The notes: generated from the letters alone by a model not told the origin. A stretch of 64,000 bases of DNA from Lama guanicoe (GCA_013239625.1 MU054323.1:4690214-4754213); one strand, 5' to 3'; numbered from the stretch's first letter, positions 50,801 to 64,000 are shown. A program made the numbers and translations.

Positions 50801-51569
50801 GTCAGACCTGTGAAAGGCCTGTCCCCACCCCGGCCACTCTCACCACCTGCCAGACCCTCAATCCGGTTACAATGTGCCTCTAAGTTCCAAACCTGCAAAC
50901 ACGGCACTTACTTACAGTATGATTTATTACACCAAACCCAAGCTCTGCCGAGCCCCTCTGGTTTATTATTAATAAGGTACCTGTGAGGTCACCATCAAAT
51001 CTCAAGATAACAAGGTTCCAGAGTGTTAGCAACGGAAAAAACAAAACAAAACAAAAAAACCTTGGCTGATGGAGTAAAAGGAATTCTCTTCCAAAGTTGA
51101 GCCTAGTCCATTTGGCAAAATTAAACAAACAAACAAACAAATGTACATTGACAGGTTTGTGTGTCGGTATCATGTTTTGCAATTTTCTGGAAAGCCAAAC
51201 GAAAAATTATGTTGTCGTGCGTGAAAACCCTTTAGATGATTAGCTACCTGTTTTCCAGTGGAATTTCAGAGTTCATTCTCATTACTATGGGGAACAAATG
51301 TGGATGCAAATTAATGGAATCTTTCTACCTGGTATTGGGAGGCACTGGGTAAGACTGCAGACTGGATATTTACCAGGAGGTAAGGGAGGACACATGTAAC
51401 TGGGAAGATGCCACTGACATCCATTTTTTGAACAAAGGACTAATCTTGGGAGGGGGCAATTTAAGTGATGCCCCAGTAATGTAAGGCTGAACTTCGAGAA
51501 ACATACCTAGCTGAAAATTATTCTGAATTTCTTACTTCTTACGGCTCCAACATTGTGTTTTTAATAACA

Positions 51570-51870
51570 GAGGAAAATGTTTTATCCACAGGTATTTTGT
51601 CCATAAGCTTATAGTCCATCTGGAAAAAAAAATCAAACACATGGAATATTTAGAGAACAGTTAATCGCTGGACTGCATCTCATGTTAAGTATCTGAGGAG
51701 GGCAGGTGTGCTCACAGGGCTGGATTTCTGGAGAAGATGAGGACTGAACTCCACCTGGAGATTAATCATTAGGGGAGAAGGGAGGCAAGTGGTCCAGTCC
51801 AGTGGGCAAAGAACAGGAAGAACCATAAGGAAATTGAGGAGAGGGAGGAGAGGGAACTGTGAAAGCAAAA
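51570..51870 (-). mobile_element. L2 3' fragment
   Basis: aagcttatagtccatctggaaa...tttctggagaagatgaggactgaactcca. Confidence 0.5.
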
Positions 51871-52119
51871 TGCCACTGATTCAAAGGACACATTTCTGAG
51901 TTACTTGAAGTCATCAACTATGATTAATATATGTGTCTGTGGCCACCTGCTCAATGACTGTTACAAAGAGATACTTGATGAATGGGCACATGGAAGAATT
52001 AAAGATTGAATGAAAAAAGAGCTAGACTGTTTCATCTTGATTTGTCTACCACCTCACCCTTCCCTTAGCTGTCCTTTGCTTCATGAGTAAGACTTCAGGA
52101 TCTGTGACATGATACCAAA

Positions 52120-52330
52120 AATCATGACCCAGAGTCCAGGAGATCTGACATAAAATTCTAGTTCTTCTCATTAGCAGATGGATGACCTTGGGTAATTCAT
52201 TTTAACACACAAACCTCATTTTTTTTCTCATCTATAAAACAGAGAGACTATTATTCATCTTACTGTTTGATTGTGAAGCCTGAATGAAAATTAATTGGTA
52301 AGGCACTTACTCTAGTGCTTGAGACATTAT
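52120..52330 (+). mobile_element. MIR SINE
   Basis: agagtccaggagatctg...attagcagatggatgaccttgggtaattcattttaac...cctcatttttttctcatctataaaacagag. Confidence 0.8.
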
Positions 52331-53485
52331 AATTTGATTTTAAACTTAGACATACTAGAAAAGACAATTCTGCTAGGAAAATATGTCTATCCACAAGGGA
52401 GTTCTATTAATAAATGCAAATTATTTTAATTGCATAGATCCTTGTTTATGGAGATAATTGATACTGGATTCTGGTGGTCCTCAGGGATACGCAGAAAGAG
52501 AGAGCCTGAATTCTCTCTAAGCTCCTGGGACACCAGTGCTTGAGTTAGGTGTTTTGTCATCATGTCTAAACACATAGAGCAAAGGGGAGCCCTGTCTAAG
52601 CACCCTTTCTTAAGTATTCTGCCTTTTTCCTACAAGTCTTTTTAGCAAACCTGGAATGCAGTGCTGTTTTCCGGAATTGTTGGCTTTATCACTGGAAATG
52701 ATAAGCTATTTGAGTCACAGTCAGACATCTACTTGCATTAGGGGAGAAGGGCTTTGCCGAAAAGTTCGAAATGCATCACTTGATGGAAACGAGCAGTGGT
52801 CTAGACACTGGTGAGCAAGTTGGCTGTGAGAGTTTCTGAAGAGTATTACTTTATGCTGGAGTTAATTGTGCACAAGTTCCCTTCCTTCACTGGCTTCCAA
52901 ACTCCTGAAAGTAGGATCCTATTTCTTATTTATATTAGTGACACTATGTCACTGAAATACTGGCTTGTGGAAGACAGGCACACTCTTCCTCTCTCCCTCC
53001 CTTCCTGTCTTCCTGCCTTCCCCTTTCAATGCTTACTGAGTCATACTCTCTCACATCACTCTTTGGTTTGTTGAAATGTTTGGATTTTTCTGCCCTTCTG
53101 GATGAAAAGAACGCAGACTTCTGGGTCTGCACAGAAATTGGCGCCAGGATTATTTCTGGATACACATGCCATTATTCTGTGTTTAATGTTAGGGATTTGG
53201 GGCAGCTACAGGAATCCAGTTATAGAGTCTTGATGATTATATAAAAAAATCCTAGCTTTATGATGAGGAAGTTGGAGTAAAGAAGGGGATAAAAAACAGA
53301 GGTATCCTTGAGATCATTACACTGATTAACAAAGACCCTTGGTCAGGACAGAGGAGAACCGAAGAAGAAGCAGGTGAAGGAAAGAGCCTTCTGGATGCTG
53401 AGAAACATGCCTCAGCCCCCTCATGACCATTATCCTCTCTCTCAAAATATACAGACCAGTCCTAGGACAGAGTTTCTTGGGAACT

Positions 53486-53952
53486 GTATCAGTCAAGGCT
53501 CACAAGAAACAGAACTGATAGGAGAGACACAGAGAGATGACAGATGAAGGTAGGTAGACCGATAGATAGACAGATGATGGGTAATATTTATTAGACGGAA
53601 TTGGCTCACATGACTTAGGGAGGTTGACAAGTTCCAAGAACTGCAGTAACAGAGAACTAGGAAGAGCCAACGTTTCAGTCTGAGTCCAAGGACAGGAAAG
53701 AACTCATGTCCCGGTTCGAGGCAGTAGTCTGGGAGTTTCGTCTTCCTGGCGGGAGGTCAGCCTTTCTGTTCTTTTCAAGGGTTCAACTGACTAGATGAGG
53801 CCCACTCACATTCAGGAGGGCAATCGGCTCCACCTAGTCTACAGATTCCAACATCAATCTCATCTAGAAACATTCTCACTGACAGACCCAGAGTGATGTG
53901 TAACCACATGGCTCCCTGTGGTCCAGTCAGGTTGACACACAAGAAATGAACC
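53486..53952 (-). mobile_element. ERVL LTR (MLT2B/C/D-like)
   Basis: tgtatcagtcaaggctc...agaaacagaactgatagg...ggaattggctcacatgac...gatgaggcccactcacattcaggagggcaatc...gtggtccagtcaggttgacacac. Confidence 0.88.
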
Positions 53953-55259
53953 CTGGTAGGTACAAACAGGTGTGGACGTCAGATCATCGGCAGTGGGAGA
54001 CATAAGTGCTCCGACAGAGGGGGAGGAAGAAATGCTACTCCTTCAGGGCCTGTTTTGTGCCAACACCTCCGGAGATGTTTGCCTTAGTTCACCAGGCATT
54101 CTCAGAAAGAAGCACAGTGAAGAATTGCTATTTGGGAAATATGTCTTCCCTACAATCCGCCTTTATTTCCAATTTCCTGCACATCAGCCTCGATATGGCG
54201 CTTTTGCCAAACACTCAGTTTTCTCATCTTGTGTCTTATTAATCTTTTGCTGACCACTTAGTGCCTATTGTGAGCCTCGGGTGGAAATGATAAAACCTGC
54301 CTCAGCAGTGGCTCATTAAATCCCAGAGAGAAATGTCCAGAAAATGCTATTTTAATGTTTAGTTTGGGGGTTGTCATCTATCAGGGTCCGTGTATTATCT
54401 CTGCCAAAAGGTTTTCTTCTTCCGCTGCGTAGACCTGGCTCATGTTGGAGCCGGGGGATGATGAAAGAAGGCTGTGAATCTACGTCTCAGCATATTGTTA
54501 TCATCCTGATATCCTTGCCAAAATGCTTTCATTCACTATTAGCAAAATAAGAGATGAAAAAGTAGCTTTCTGAAGCCACTCAAATCTTTCCCAGTGACAG
54601 AAACACAGGAGGCTAACACAGATGGTAGGAAGACAAAATGTGGTTGAACAAGCTAGAGATTTGGTCCTCATGTTGCTGCATAATTGATTTGACTGATTTT
54701 TGAATTTGCCAAATTAACCATGTGAGCGTTACAGATACTTTCTTCCGGCGTGAAGTCCTTTCGCTTTAAAATGTGTGTGTGCGTTTTTAAAGGTGCTCCT
54801 TTGCCTCATCTATCGCTGGACCTTGTTCAACGCTGCGATGTGGTGGTAAGACAGCCCAGTCGTGGGCCCTTCTACAGATCCCCAGCAGAAGTGGGAAACC
54901 AAAGGCACATGCCAGGAATGGGTGGGGACTTCCCCTGTGTAAAGGCTCTTATCCCAACTTAGCTTAAGGAAATGAAACAGAGTTTCAGTATTTTGAAACC
55001 TAGATTGACAAATGGATGTGAAAACAAAACAAAACCCTTTGAGGTAGCACAGAATCTGGGGGAATCTCAGAGAGCAGTTTCTCAAAATCAAAGATGATTG
55101 CGTTGTTCTGCAAAACCTTGGCTGCACAATGAACCGTGCTGAGGTCTGCAGAATATACCTACAAAGATGAAAGGACTGGAGACACAGAGGTATGAAAACT
55201 CTGCTCGGGCCGGATGAAAGAGAAGACAAAATGATTTTAACCACCCCTACCCAGCCCTA

Positions 55260-56520
55260 GCTCCTTTGTTAAAATCCATTTAGGTATTTGTTTATTTCTT
55301 TTTATTGTGTATTGCCATACTGCTCACTCCCACCCCACTCTCCCCAGCGAAAGCCCTACAAGTTCAGGAACGTTGTCTCTCTTACTCAGATTTGTATTTT
55401 CAGAATCTAGAACAGTACACGTAATAAAGTACGTTTCCAGGAATCACATTTGGATTCATTGACCAAAAATATACAAAAACTGAGAATTATTCATTAGCAC
55501 TTGAAATCAGGAAAAAGCAAAGTTCAGGCAGGTTCATCCTGAGAAAGAAAAGGGTCAATTGGTTGAAGAGTTCCCACAGTAAAGAAGGAATGTCCAGAGG
55601 GGTAAATGAATAGGGTCACTTCGTGTTAGCCCATCTGTACCCTCAGGCTGCAGGTAGCAAGGCTAGAAGTCAAGATCTAACTGTGACACAGTGACTGGGA
55701 AATGTTTAGATGGTAACTTACGGAATTAATCAGATGCTTCTAAATGTGGCAGCAGGTGATGGTCCTCACACGCAGGTAACTTTCAACATTCACGGCGTGT
55801 GAATTGAAGAGTGATGGATTTCTATGGTGGTATCCCGGAAGTACAGGAGTAAAAGAAAAAATGAAAAAAAAAGTCTCTTCAGCTGAGGAAACCAGCTCAC
55901 TGCTTCCTTCCTGAGTACGGCTGGAGTGCTAATCTAGCAAAGCAACCCAACCCTGGTGCTGCTGGGCTTAATTTTAGGATATGGGCTCAAATAATATGAG
56001 CTAAGATGAGTAAAATGCAGATGAGAAATTGGAGCTCTGGAAGGGAACACGAGCGAGTGACGGGGAAAAACTCCTAGCGCAAGTAGGGGGATGTGGGGTC
56101 CCGGGTAAAGGTGGATACGATTTTCCCATAAAGGAACAGGGACATCTTGCCTCTGACTCTGAGAACAGGAGGTAAAGAGAGTTATAAATAAACGACAGTT
56201 TTTATCTTGGAGAGGGGAAGTATTTCGAGAAAATATTCATGGCCTCTCCAATATCCTCCAAGAACTAAGAGGCAAATCTGTCTGCTGAGAATGAACAGAT
56301 TTAGGAGACTATCTAAGTTTTAAAATAGTAATTGAGAAGAATCAGAACAATCCGACCTAGGAAGAAAACCCCCAATGGTTGCTGAGTGATGCTGAGATTC
56401 TTACAATAGTCAACGGATGTGGGTTTACTGCATCACCCACAGGCATGATGATGCTGTTGTCTTCAACATTCCCCGATTACCCAGGTGTGCAGGTGGAGAG
56501 TACAGATCATGGCATCCACC
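55260..56520. mobile_element. Degraded L2 fragments
   Basis: aagttcaggaacgttgtctctcttactcagatttgtattttcagaatctagaacagtac (L2 3' end), followed by purine-rich reverse L2-like sequence. Confidence 0.45.
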
Positions 56521-57439
56521 CAGCCCCAGTCTGCTGGGAGAGATGGGGCAGGTGACAAGGGACTGACAGGTCTGGGGAGAGAGGAGTTCAGATGCATCAC
56601 CTCACTCAGTTGATGGCACAACTGGCATGGCCCCCCGCCCATGTCACCCCACATCTGTCATAAGGAGTGCAGAATCATCCCTCCATTCTTCAGCCCCCTC
56701 TCCAACAGCAGAAGACAATCCAAGCCATTTTCAATGGACACCGTGTGACATGTACCTTCATGATATGGTCCCAACCTAGCGCCTCAACCTTACACCGTTA
56801 AAGCCTCTTTGTCAAGTCTGTCTCAGTGTTTTGTGGATGCTTTTCCGAACAGGGACCGATGTCTGCCTTATTCATTAGAATATAGTGACTTCCACACGTA
56901 CCTGCTAGAATGTTTCAATTCTCTGCGGATTTGCACAATCTGTTCCTTCTTCTTAAAACCCCTTTCCCCCCACCTGGGGATTCGTAGTCAGTGTTCCAAA
57001 GAGTCATCATCCATCACTCTGCCTGTCAGGCTCTCACTTCATCATTTCAGTGAGTTGTGATGTGTGCAAAGTGGAACACTCTTTTCTTTACACAAGTTTC
57101 ATAACTTGTCCATATTTCTAAACTTACTTTATTGTAATTATGCATTTAAGTCATGTTTCTCCTACTAGCTTGTGATCACATTAATGACAATGACTTCCTG
57201 CACTCTTTCTTTCTTTCTTTTTTTTTTAATCCTCAGGACCTAAATATTCTGTGAAGCCCAGGAGTTCTTCAGTAAATATGCACTGGTCTGAAGCCATGGT
57301 GGCTGTAGAGGTAGGTATCAAACTATACCTTTTCCTAAATGTATATCACTTTAATAAAAACATTCAGAGTATAATGTGAGGCTGAGAGTGAAGTGGGCAA
57401 AAATAGATGCAACACACAGGAAAGGTTAACGTGTCTGAT

Positions 57440-57660
57440 GTAAAAAAACCTCCGACTAACTCATTCAAAAAAGACAAACAACGCAGGAGAAAAATGGGCA
57501 AAGAATGATAACAAGAAACTCATAGAAGGCATACAGATGGCTAATAAACACGTTTAAAAAAGATTTTTGTCTCATTATTGATCTGGAAGGTGCACATTGG
57601 AACAACAACTAGCTACCATTTTTCATCTCACGGATTAGCAAACGGTAAGAAGATGGAGAA
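57440..57660 (+). mobile_element. Old L1 ORF2 fragment
   Basis: gaaaaatgggcaaagaatgataacaagaaactcatagaaggcatacagatggctaataaacacgtttaaaaaagat. Confidence 0.8.
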
Positions 57661-58199
57661 CAGCATAACGGCAGCCTTTGCTGAGTACAGGCTCTGTGAC
57701 GACACTCCTCTGCATGCTTTATTCATTTGTCCTTATAATCCTCCTTTAACCTCCGGGCTCATTTTGAATCTCTATTTTACAGGAGATATTAGTACTTTTC
57801 GCACATAGGCAGTCTGACCCCAAACCCCATTAATTTAACTACTGTTTCCTGTTGCTTCTCCACTGGAGTTCCGCGTGTTAGTGATGAACATCTCTCCTTC
57901 TCTCTGTTCTCTGACTGATTTGCAAACTGGACACAAGAGTAGGGTAGGGATTTTTTAAAGTTATACGTTAGTTCTATTATGGTGGCTTTTAAAATTGCTA
58001 CTTTAATACTTTTCCCTGGTAGGGGACTGAGCACAAATATCCTAAAACTAACTTAAAGACAGTTCCCAATGGTCCTTTTCTTAAAAATGGAAATTAATGA
58101 CATATTGTAATATGTGCTTTCTATTATAAATACGTATATTTAAATACATAACTATAAATATTATATTATGATATATATTATTTTTGACATATATGTATT

Positions 58200-59030
58200 C
58201 AACATCCTTTAAAATTAAGGTGTACAAAATGTTGATTTGATATATTTGTATATTATAATATGATTACCATCATAGTGATAGTTAGCATTGAATTTCATTT
58301 AATTGTACAACTGAGGTAGAACAAACATTGGCTTAAGTTTAAAGAACGGAGTATTTATTTAGTCATAAATTCTGAGGGGGCAGGAATGCTATAACTAAAC
58401 AAGTGGTGGGAAATAGAGTAGAGATATTAATTTCTTTATCTTTTGTAACTTAAAGTCAATGAGTAACAGGCCACTAAGAGAACAGGAAGCAAAGAAATTT
58501 AAAAATCACACATATTTATTCCTAAATAGGTATTACTTTTGAAAAAATCCAACTGTTAACTATATATAAAGTTATAGTTACCTTTAGGAAACCACTAGAA
58601 GAAAATGTACAAACCTTCAAAATGATAAGAACTTATACCTAAAACATAGCAAAGAAAGTCACGGTATAGAGAAGGATTGAAAAAGCACAGAAAAATATCA
58701 TGAAAAATCTAAAAATCAAACCTGTCATTATGTATGCATGTGCAGATTGGCTAAAACCACCAGTTTAAAGAAACAGTATCAGTTGGACCACAAATCAAAA
58801 CCTCATGTACTCTATACAAGAGACACACTTAAAACAAATCACTCAGAGAGCTTATCAAAGTTTTAAATTATAGTAAGTTGGTAAAATGTCCTTCAAACTA
58901 TAGATAATGATGTGATTTAAAGAAGTCAAAATTAATCCTAAGAAGCTGTCTCTTGCTTCGGAACCACATTGAGAACTTAACTCAAGAATACAAATGAAAC
59001 AGAATACAGTGGCTATGTTGGTAAAATTAT
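58200..59030. mobile_element. Old L1 fragments
   Basis: Reverse L1 3' piece ttaaggtgtacaaaatgttgatttgatata...atgattacca; forward endonuclease-region-like tctatacaagagacacacttaaaaca. Confidence 0.6.
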
Positions 59031-59059
59031 ACTGGGGACATGGTTTAGATTTAAAGTTC

Positions 59060-59510
59060 ACCTTTTAATCCCTGAATTGAATTGATTTACTCAAGGAGAA
59101 CATGTGTAGGAGCCCTGGCCCTGACAACCTGTCACAGGAGGTAGAAGGGAAAGTATGTGTTACTGCAGATAAAGCATACAAGGGAGGGAGTGAGAAAGTG
59201 GATAAACTGAGAGACAGAAAGACACAGAGGGAAAATTCATGCATGTGCTTGAGACAGAGCACTGAGGATACCAGCTCCCTTAGGAAAGGGACCACTGGAG
59301 GCTTTTAAACAAGTTTGTGAGTGAATGATATGATGACTCATAGAGAGGGAACTCTGGAAAGGGACCATATTTGGGGAGAAAGATTTTTGGGAGAAAGACC
59401 ATAATTCTGGTTAATACATAGTAACTTTAAGATGACCATAGTGAATTTAAGATGACTTTTATCAAGTAGACTATTGAATGTGAAAGTCTGGAACTAAAAG
59501 TAGAGCTTCT
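59060..59510 (-). mobile_element. L2 fragment
   Basis: ggaccactggaggcttttaaacaag...gaatgatatgat; caagtagactattgaatgtgaaagtctggaact. Confidence 0.55.
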
Positions 59511-60084
59511 GATTTCTTTTTTTCCTCTTTCTCATGGTGGGATTTTTGTTATTCACTTATTATGCATAATAATTAAAATGTCATTTCTCCCAATGTCATG
59601 TCTTCGTATTGTCCTGCTGAAATGGCATCAGTGTTGAACACCAGTTGTTTTTACCATGGTCTTCCCTTTCGTGATTTTGGCTAGATTTTTATGGTGTTTC
59701 TTATTTTTATTTTTGTCTTTCTTTGTTTCTTTTTGAAATTTCTTTTCCAAGATTCTCTCACTGGTAGAATTATTCCTTAAGTTTACCCCTGTTTGAGAAT
59801 GTCTTCTTCTAACATTTGGACATGAAAGATAACTTAGGTTGTTGTGATAGCTGGTTATGTGCCAGTTCCTGCTGACTTTGGAGCCCTAAGCCCTTTTGTA
59901 AAGATTCAACATGGCTGTTGAGAATTAGAAAGCGAGCTCGATTCTTGTTTTTCATTTTGAGAGTTGCTTTTTCTGCTTAGATGACTGAAAATGTCTTTCT
60001 CCACTCATGAAGTTCAGTAATTTAATGAGGGTATGCCTGCTATGTATAGCTGCTATGTATGAATTCTTCCACAAAAGACACATC

Positions 60085-60400
60085 CTATATTTGTTAAAAT
60101 CAAGTGCAACTGCGCTTATCAGCAAACCCCCTACATAACAGTGAGTTCACGAGATAATAGTTTATTTTCCTCTCACATTCAAGAAATCTGAAGGAAGTGA
60201 CTGTGTCAATATTCCAGGCATCACAAGGAGAATTGTTGAGAAATGAGTGAACTGTGTTCCTTTGATAATACTTCTTAAAATTTGTACATACTTTTCTTGC
60301 TTATATCCTCTTGGCCAAGACTTAGTTAGTTACATGATCACAACAGAGTGGCAAAAGCAGGCAGGAAATGCTGCTTTTATTCCAAGCAACCTTCTCGCAA
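60085..60400 (-). mobile_element. MaLR LTR (MLT1J/K-like)
   Basis: agtttattttcctctcacattcaagaaatctgaagg...tcttgcttatatcctcttggccaagacttagt...gcaggaaatgctgcttttattcc. Confidence 0.6.
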
Positions 60401-60879
60401 TTCCTCTCTTTGCTTTGATCTGGTTTATTTGAATTGTCTTTGATTCTTTCCCAGCTCACGTGAGAGTCATTTGCCTACTTCTCGGAGCTGCCATTTGAGG
60501 AGGAGGCAGTGTCCTCACGGTCTTTTCTGTACCCTGAGAACACAGATGGGTTTGGGGGAAAGGGGAAGGCAGAGAGAACACAGCTAGGGAGATGTATAAC
60601 CTATCTGGGAAGCTGTGGACTCTGCAATCTCGTCTGAGATCATTTAACCTGCTTGGGAATTGATCCTATTCCTGCTGAGTAATACCCTTGGGTCTCAGTC
60701 CAAAGAAGGCCCTTTGTTTCCATCAGAGGGAGCCAGTCATGCTATCCATCATTCCTTTCACTCACTGGTAACACTCTGACAGTCATTGCCACCCTGCCAC
60801 TAAGAAGTCAGAAAAGGCGAGAACTGGGGAGAAGACCCATTTTTAATAATTCAGTCCAAAAACTAGGGAACTTCCCCCA

Positions 60880-62035
60880 GGCTCTCAGCAAATGTACAGA
60901 ACTTCCATGAAAAAAAAAATGAGCAAATATGCTGAGGTCCATGAAAAAGACTTGAATACAATAAAGATGTAACACTAACTGAAATGGCAAGAATTGATAC
61001 TATAAAGTTTGTAAAAAGAAAAAAAAATCTCGGAGCATTCATTTACAGATATAATGCGAACCAATTTTATCTTGACATGAATTCCTTAAGAAATGAAAGC
61101 AGAAATCAAATTATATGAATGATTTATATGGGAGAATACGTGTCTAAGCATTGCAAATAAGTTTTTATTTTAAGTAAAGAATGATGAGAATAGATTTTCT
61201 CTACCAGAGAGTATAATATATTTTAAAGCTGTATGATGTAAGGCCAAGAGAAAGCAGATGTATTGGTCCCATATATGTTAGAAAATTCAGAGGAAAGAAT
61301 ATCTGTAAAATCATAATGTATGATCAAATAAGTCTTTCAAATCCAAGAAAAAGGACATTTTTAAAAAGTCTAAACATTTGGGGAAAAAAAGAACTAAATA
61401 AGATCCCTAAGCCACATCTGATACCACAAAGGGTAAAATGAATTAAATTTTGAATCTTAGAAAATGTGCTCAAATAGTAAAAAATATATTCACTAGTGAA
61501 AAATACGATTGTACATACTTCGAAAACAACACCAGTAAAAGTAAAACTGAGGAGATCTAAGATTGGTGAATTGTATTAATTTCAATATCCTGGTCATGAG
61601 AGTAAACTATAGTTTTGCAAAATGTTACCTCTGGGGGAAGCTGGGAAAAACGCACAAAGGATCTCTCTGCATTGTATTTTACACTTGAATGTGAATCTAA
61701 AATTATCTCAATAAAAATTCCAAATAAAGGCCTACGAAGCCTGAAACAGGCAGTCACATAGTCAAAGAGAAGACAAAACAGAGGTGGAGGGAGGCACCAG
61801 CATAGCACCTACTCTGGGGACTGGGGAGCAGTGATATGTGACAAGCAGAGGCTGAGCAAGCGACATGAGAGGAAACCTTCTGGGGCGATGGAAATTTCCA
61901 CTGTCTTGATCTAGGTTGTGACTGCATGGTGTAAACGTATGTAAAAAATCATTGCATTGCATTGCATTGCATTGCATTAGACAATTAAGAGTAGTGCATT
62001 TTACCATTTATATACCTCAGTAAAGTGAAAAAAGA
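60880..62035 (+). mobile_element. Old L1 fragments ending in two L1MB/L1MC-type 3' UTR ends
   Basis: ttttgcaaaatgttacctctgggggaagctggg...ggatctctctgcattgtatttt...tgtgaatctaaaattatctcaataaaa; gaggaaaccttctggggcgatggaaatttccactgtcttgatc...tatacctcagtaaag. Confidence 0.8.
61950..61978. repeat. (CATTG)5 pentanucleotide repeat inside an L1 3' UTR
   Basis: cattgcattgcattgcattgcattgcatt read directly. Confidence 0.95.
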
Positions 62036-64000
62036 AAAAACAAAGAATCTTAGAACCCAGTGAATGTGATGTTCCTTCCCTTATAACCTATAATGGGAGA
62101 AGGAGGAAGGACCACCATCCTATCCTGCTCCATGGAATGCAGCTGACTCGGGCTGTGCCTTGGTTTGTTTCAAATGTTATTATTCCTTCTTTCCTTATGA
62201 CTTATTAGCATCTCCTCTCTGATGGCTTCTGTTCATCTAAAAGGAAACTTACCCAGCATTTCTGGGGGCTAGCACAGCGCACCAACTCGATCTTTTACCG
62301 TGATGCTGATGCATGCTCAACTGGAAAATTAGCCCCATCTCAACTGCTTGTCTTAACAGATCAGTGTGAATGTAAATGAAGGAAATGAGCGAATAGAGAT
62401 TTATATTTTTACCAAGGGGAAAAAATGTGCTAAATAAACTGAATCCAGTGTCCTACTTAACCGATCTCAGATGCTGCGCCTGGGTTTACAGAGACAAAGC
62501 CCAGCTCTCTGTCTGAGTAGGACTTAAACACAACCTTCTCACTGCCTCATCTCTGTTTTTCATCCCAAACAGATTTGTGGGCTTGGAATGTTTTCCTCAC
62601 CCTACTCAGATATTTAATGTTTTTCAGGACTCAGCCTCCAATACTGGCCCTTTGTCCACAAATACTCCTGCAGACAGGTGGCCATTCTGCGCTTGTCTGC
62701 CTGGCTTCCCCAGCCTTACAGATTTGATGATCTTTAGTTGTAGTTTCCTATTTCCAGCTCAGTGCAGAGCAGAACACACCTGTAAGTCTTTGCTACAGAA
62801 TGAAAGAGGTCACCACCTTGGTCCGCTCAGGGATTTGGTTGCATTGCGAGTCTCCTAGAAGCCCACTGAGTATACCTGTGTCATCGGAATCATTCTATGT
62901 GCCACAAAGGAACAGGGAAAAAAAATGTTGATGTTGCCGCTTAGAAGTCACAGCCAAATTCAGGAGCCCTGCAATTGGAGCTTCTATGGGTAAAGCAAAG
63001 ATTAGCAATCTGATGGTTAACCGGAATCTAATGTGATAAATGCTCCCTGGAATAAGTTTGAGACCAATTAGAAATAGTGAAGAATTAAAGTAAGTCAAGT
63101 CCATTGAATTTACTTCAGATCATATGGCTGGCAGCTAAGTGCCTTGTGATAGATTTCTTTTCCCCCGTTAATATAATTAGTGTATCAGTTTCCACTAATC
63201 TCGGTGCCTGGCACAGAGGCGAACAGGTCCTATGGGTGTGAACACCAGGAAATATATTTCAGGTAAAATGAATGGAAGAAAGTTATAACTGTACTCAGTG
63301 GAAAAGACAGTAGATTCAATCCATTCTTCAATTAATAATTCAATATAATTCACAGACACACTTTCCCCATCTAACTCCACCACGCAGTAGTTATTTAGAC
63401 AATGAGGCACAATGAGGTACAAGATTTTTTTAAGTCCAAAATTCTGTGATATTGGTATTCATATTCATAAATAGCATTGCTATTTTGGGGGAAGAATAGA
63501 ATCTCATCCAGTAATAGCTCTTGTCTCTAGAATAAAATGTTTTTAGCTACTCTCTTTGGGCCCCTTAAATCTTCAGAACCATAATTTTGTGATACTTTTG
63601 TCACTGGTGACATTAAGGGCAGAATCACTTCTGAGATTCATCCACGACTCAGTGACCCTTCTGACTGATATCACATATGCAATTAGAGTTTATGGAAATG
63701 TCGTATCATTACGAAGATAGCAAAAAAGAATGCAGCTGCTTTTTATGGAGTATTTACTCTATGCTAATTATTTTATTTTAAATATAATCATCAAGTTAGG
63801 AAAAGAAAGGGACCCTGGAGATCTAAGACGTAAACTCAGATATGGGCTTCAGTAATTGCCCCTAAAATAAACTGTGCTTTAAAGCTTATAGTCATAGTAG
63901 TAACTGCAGTTGTGAGTGTGGGCTTCAGAGACAGAACTGAGTTGAAGTCTAGACTCCATTATTACTTTTCAGTTTTTCACTCTTTCCTACATTTCAGTTT

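Noticed and set aside
54810..55244. 144-aa minus-strand ORF
   Set aside because: Non-ATG start, composition typical of non-coding DNA, no motif.
1..64000. A novel multi-gene or CRISPR-like system
   Set aside because: Eukaryotic non-coding DNA with no operon-like ORFs, no repeat-spacer array and no intact transposase, reverse transcriptase or viral gene that I can see.

Overview
Mammalian, AT-rich, CpG-depleted non-coding genomic DNA. It is most likely from a camelid (alpaca, llama or camel), judged from a tRNA-derived vic-1-like SINE at ~9.1 kb and camelid-type L1 3' tails. I could not support any protein-coding gene, RNA gene or CRISPR array. The listed ORFs are short, often start at GTG/TTG, often lie in repeats, and resemble no protein I recognise. 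The window reads as a large intron or gene desert. Much of it is interspersed repeat: MIR, L2, old L1, MLT1/MLT2/LTR16/LTR33-like LTRs, MER5A and MER58A. Between these are unique stretches with clustered transcription-factor motifs (AP-1, GATA, TEAD, FOX, octamer). I did not find a convincing new biological system. The best leads are modest: a young truncated L1 with a perfect 17-bp target-site duplication (TSD), a solo ERV LTR beside three AP-1 sites, a TATA/CCAAT promoter candidate at 6.6 kb, a 12-nt microexon candidate, several motif clusters and two palindromes. Repeat family names come from remembered consensus sequences, not a database search, and boundaries are approximate unless a TSD is given.
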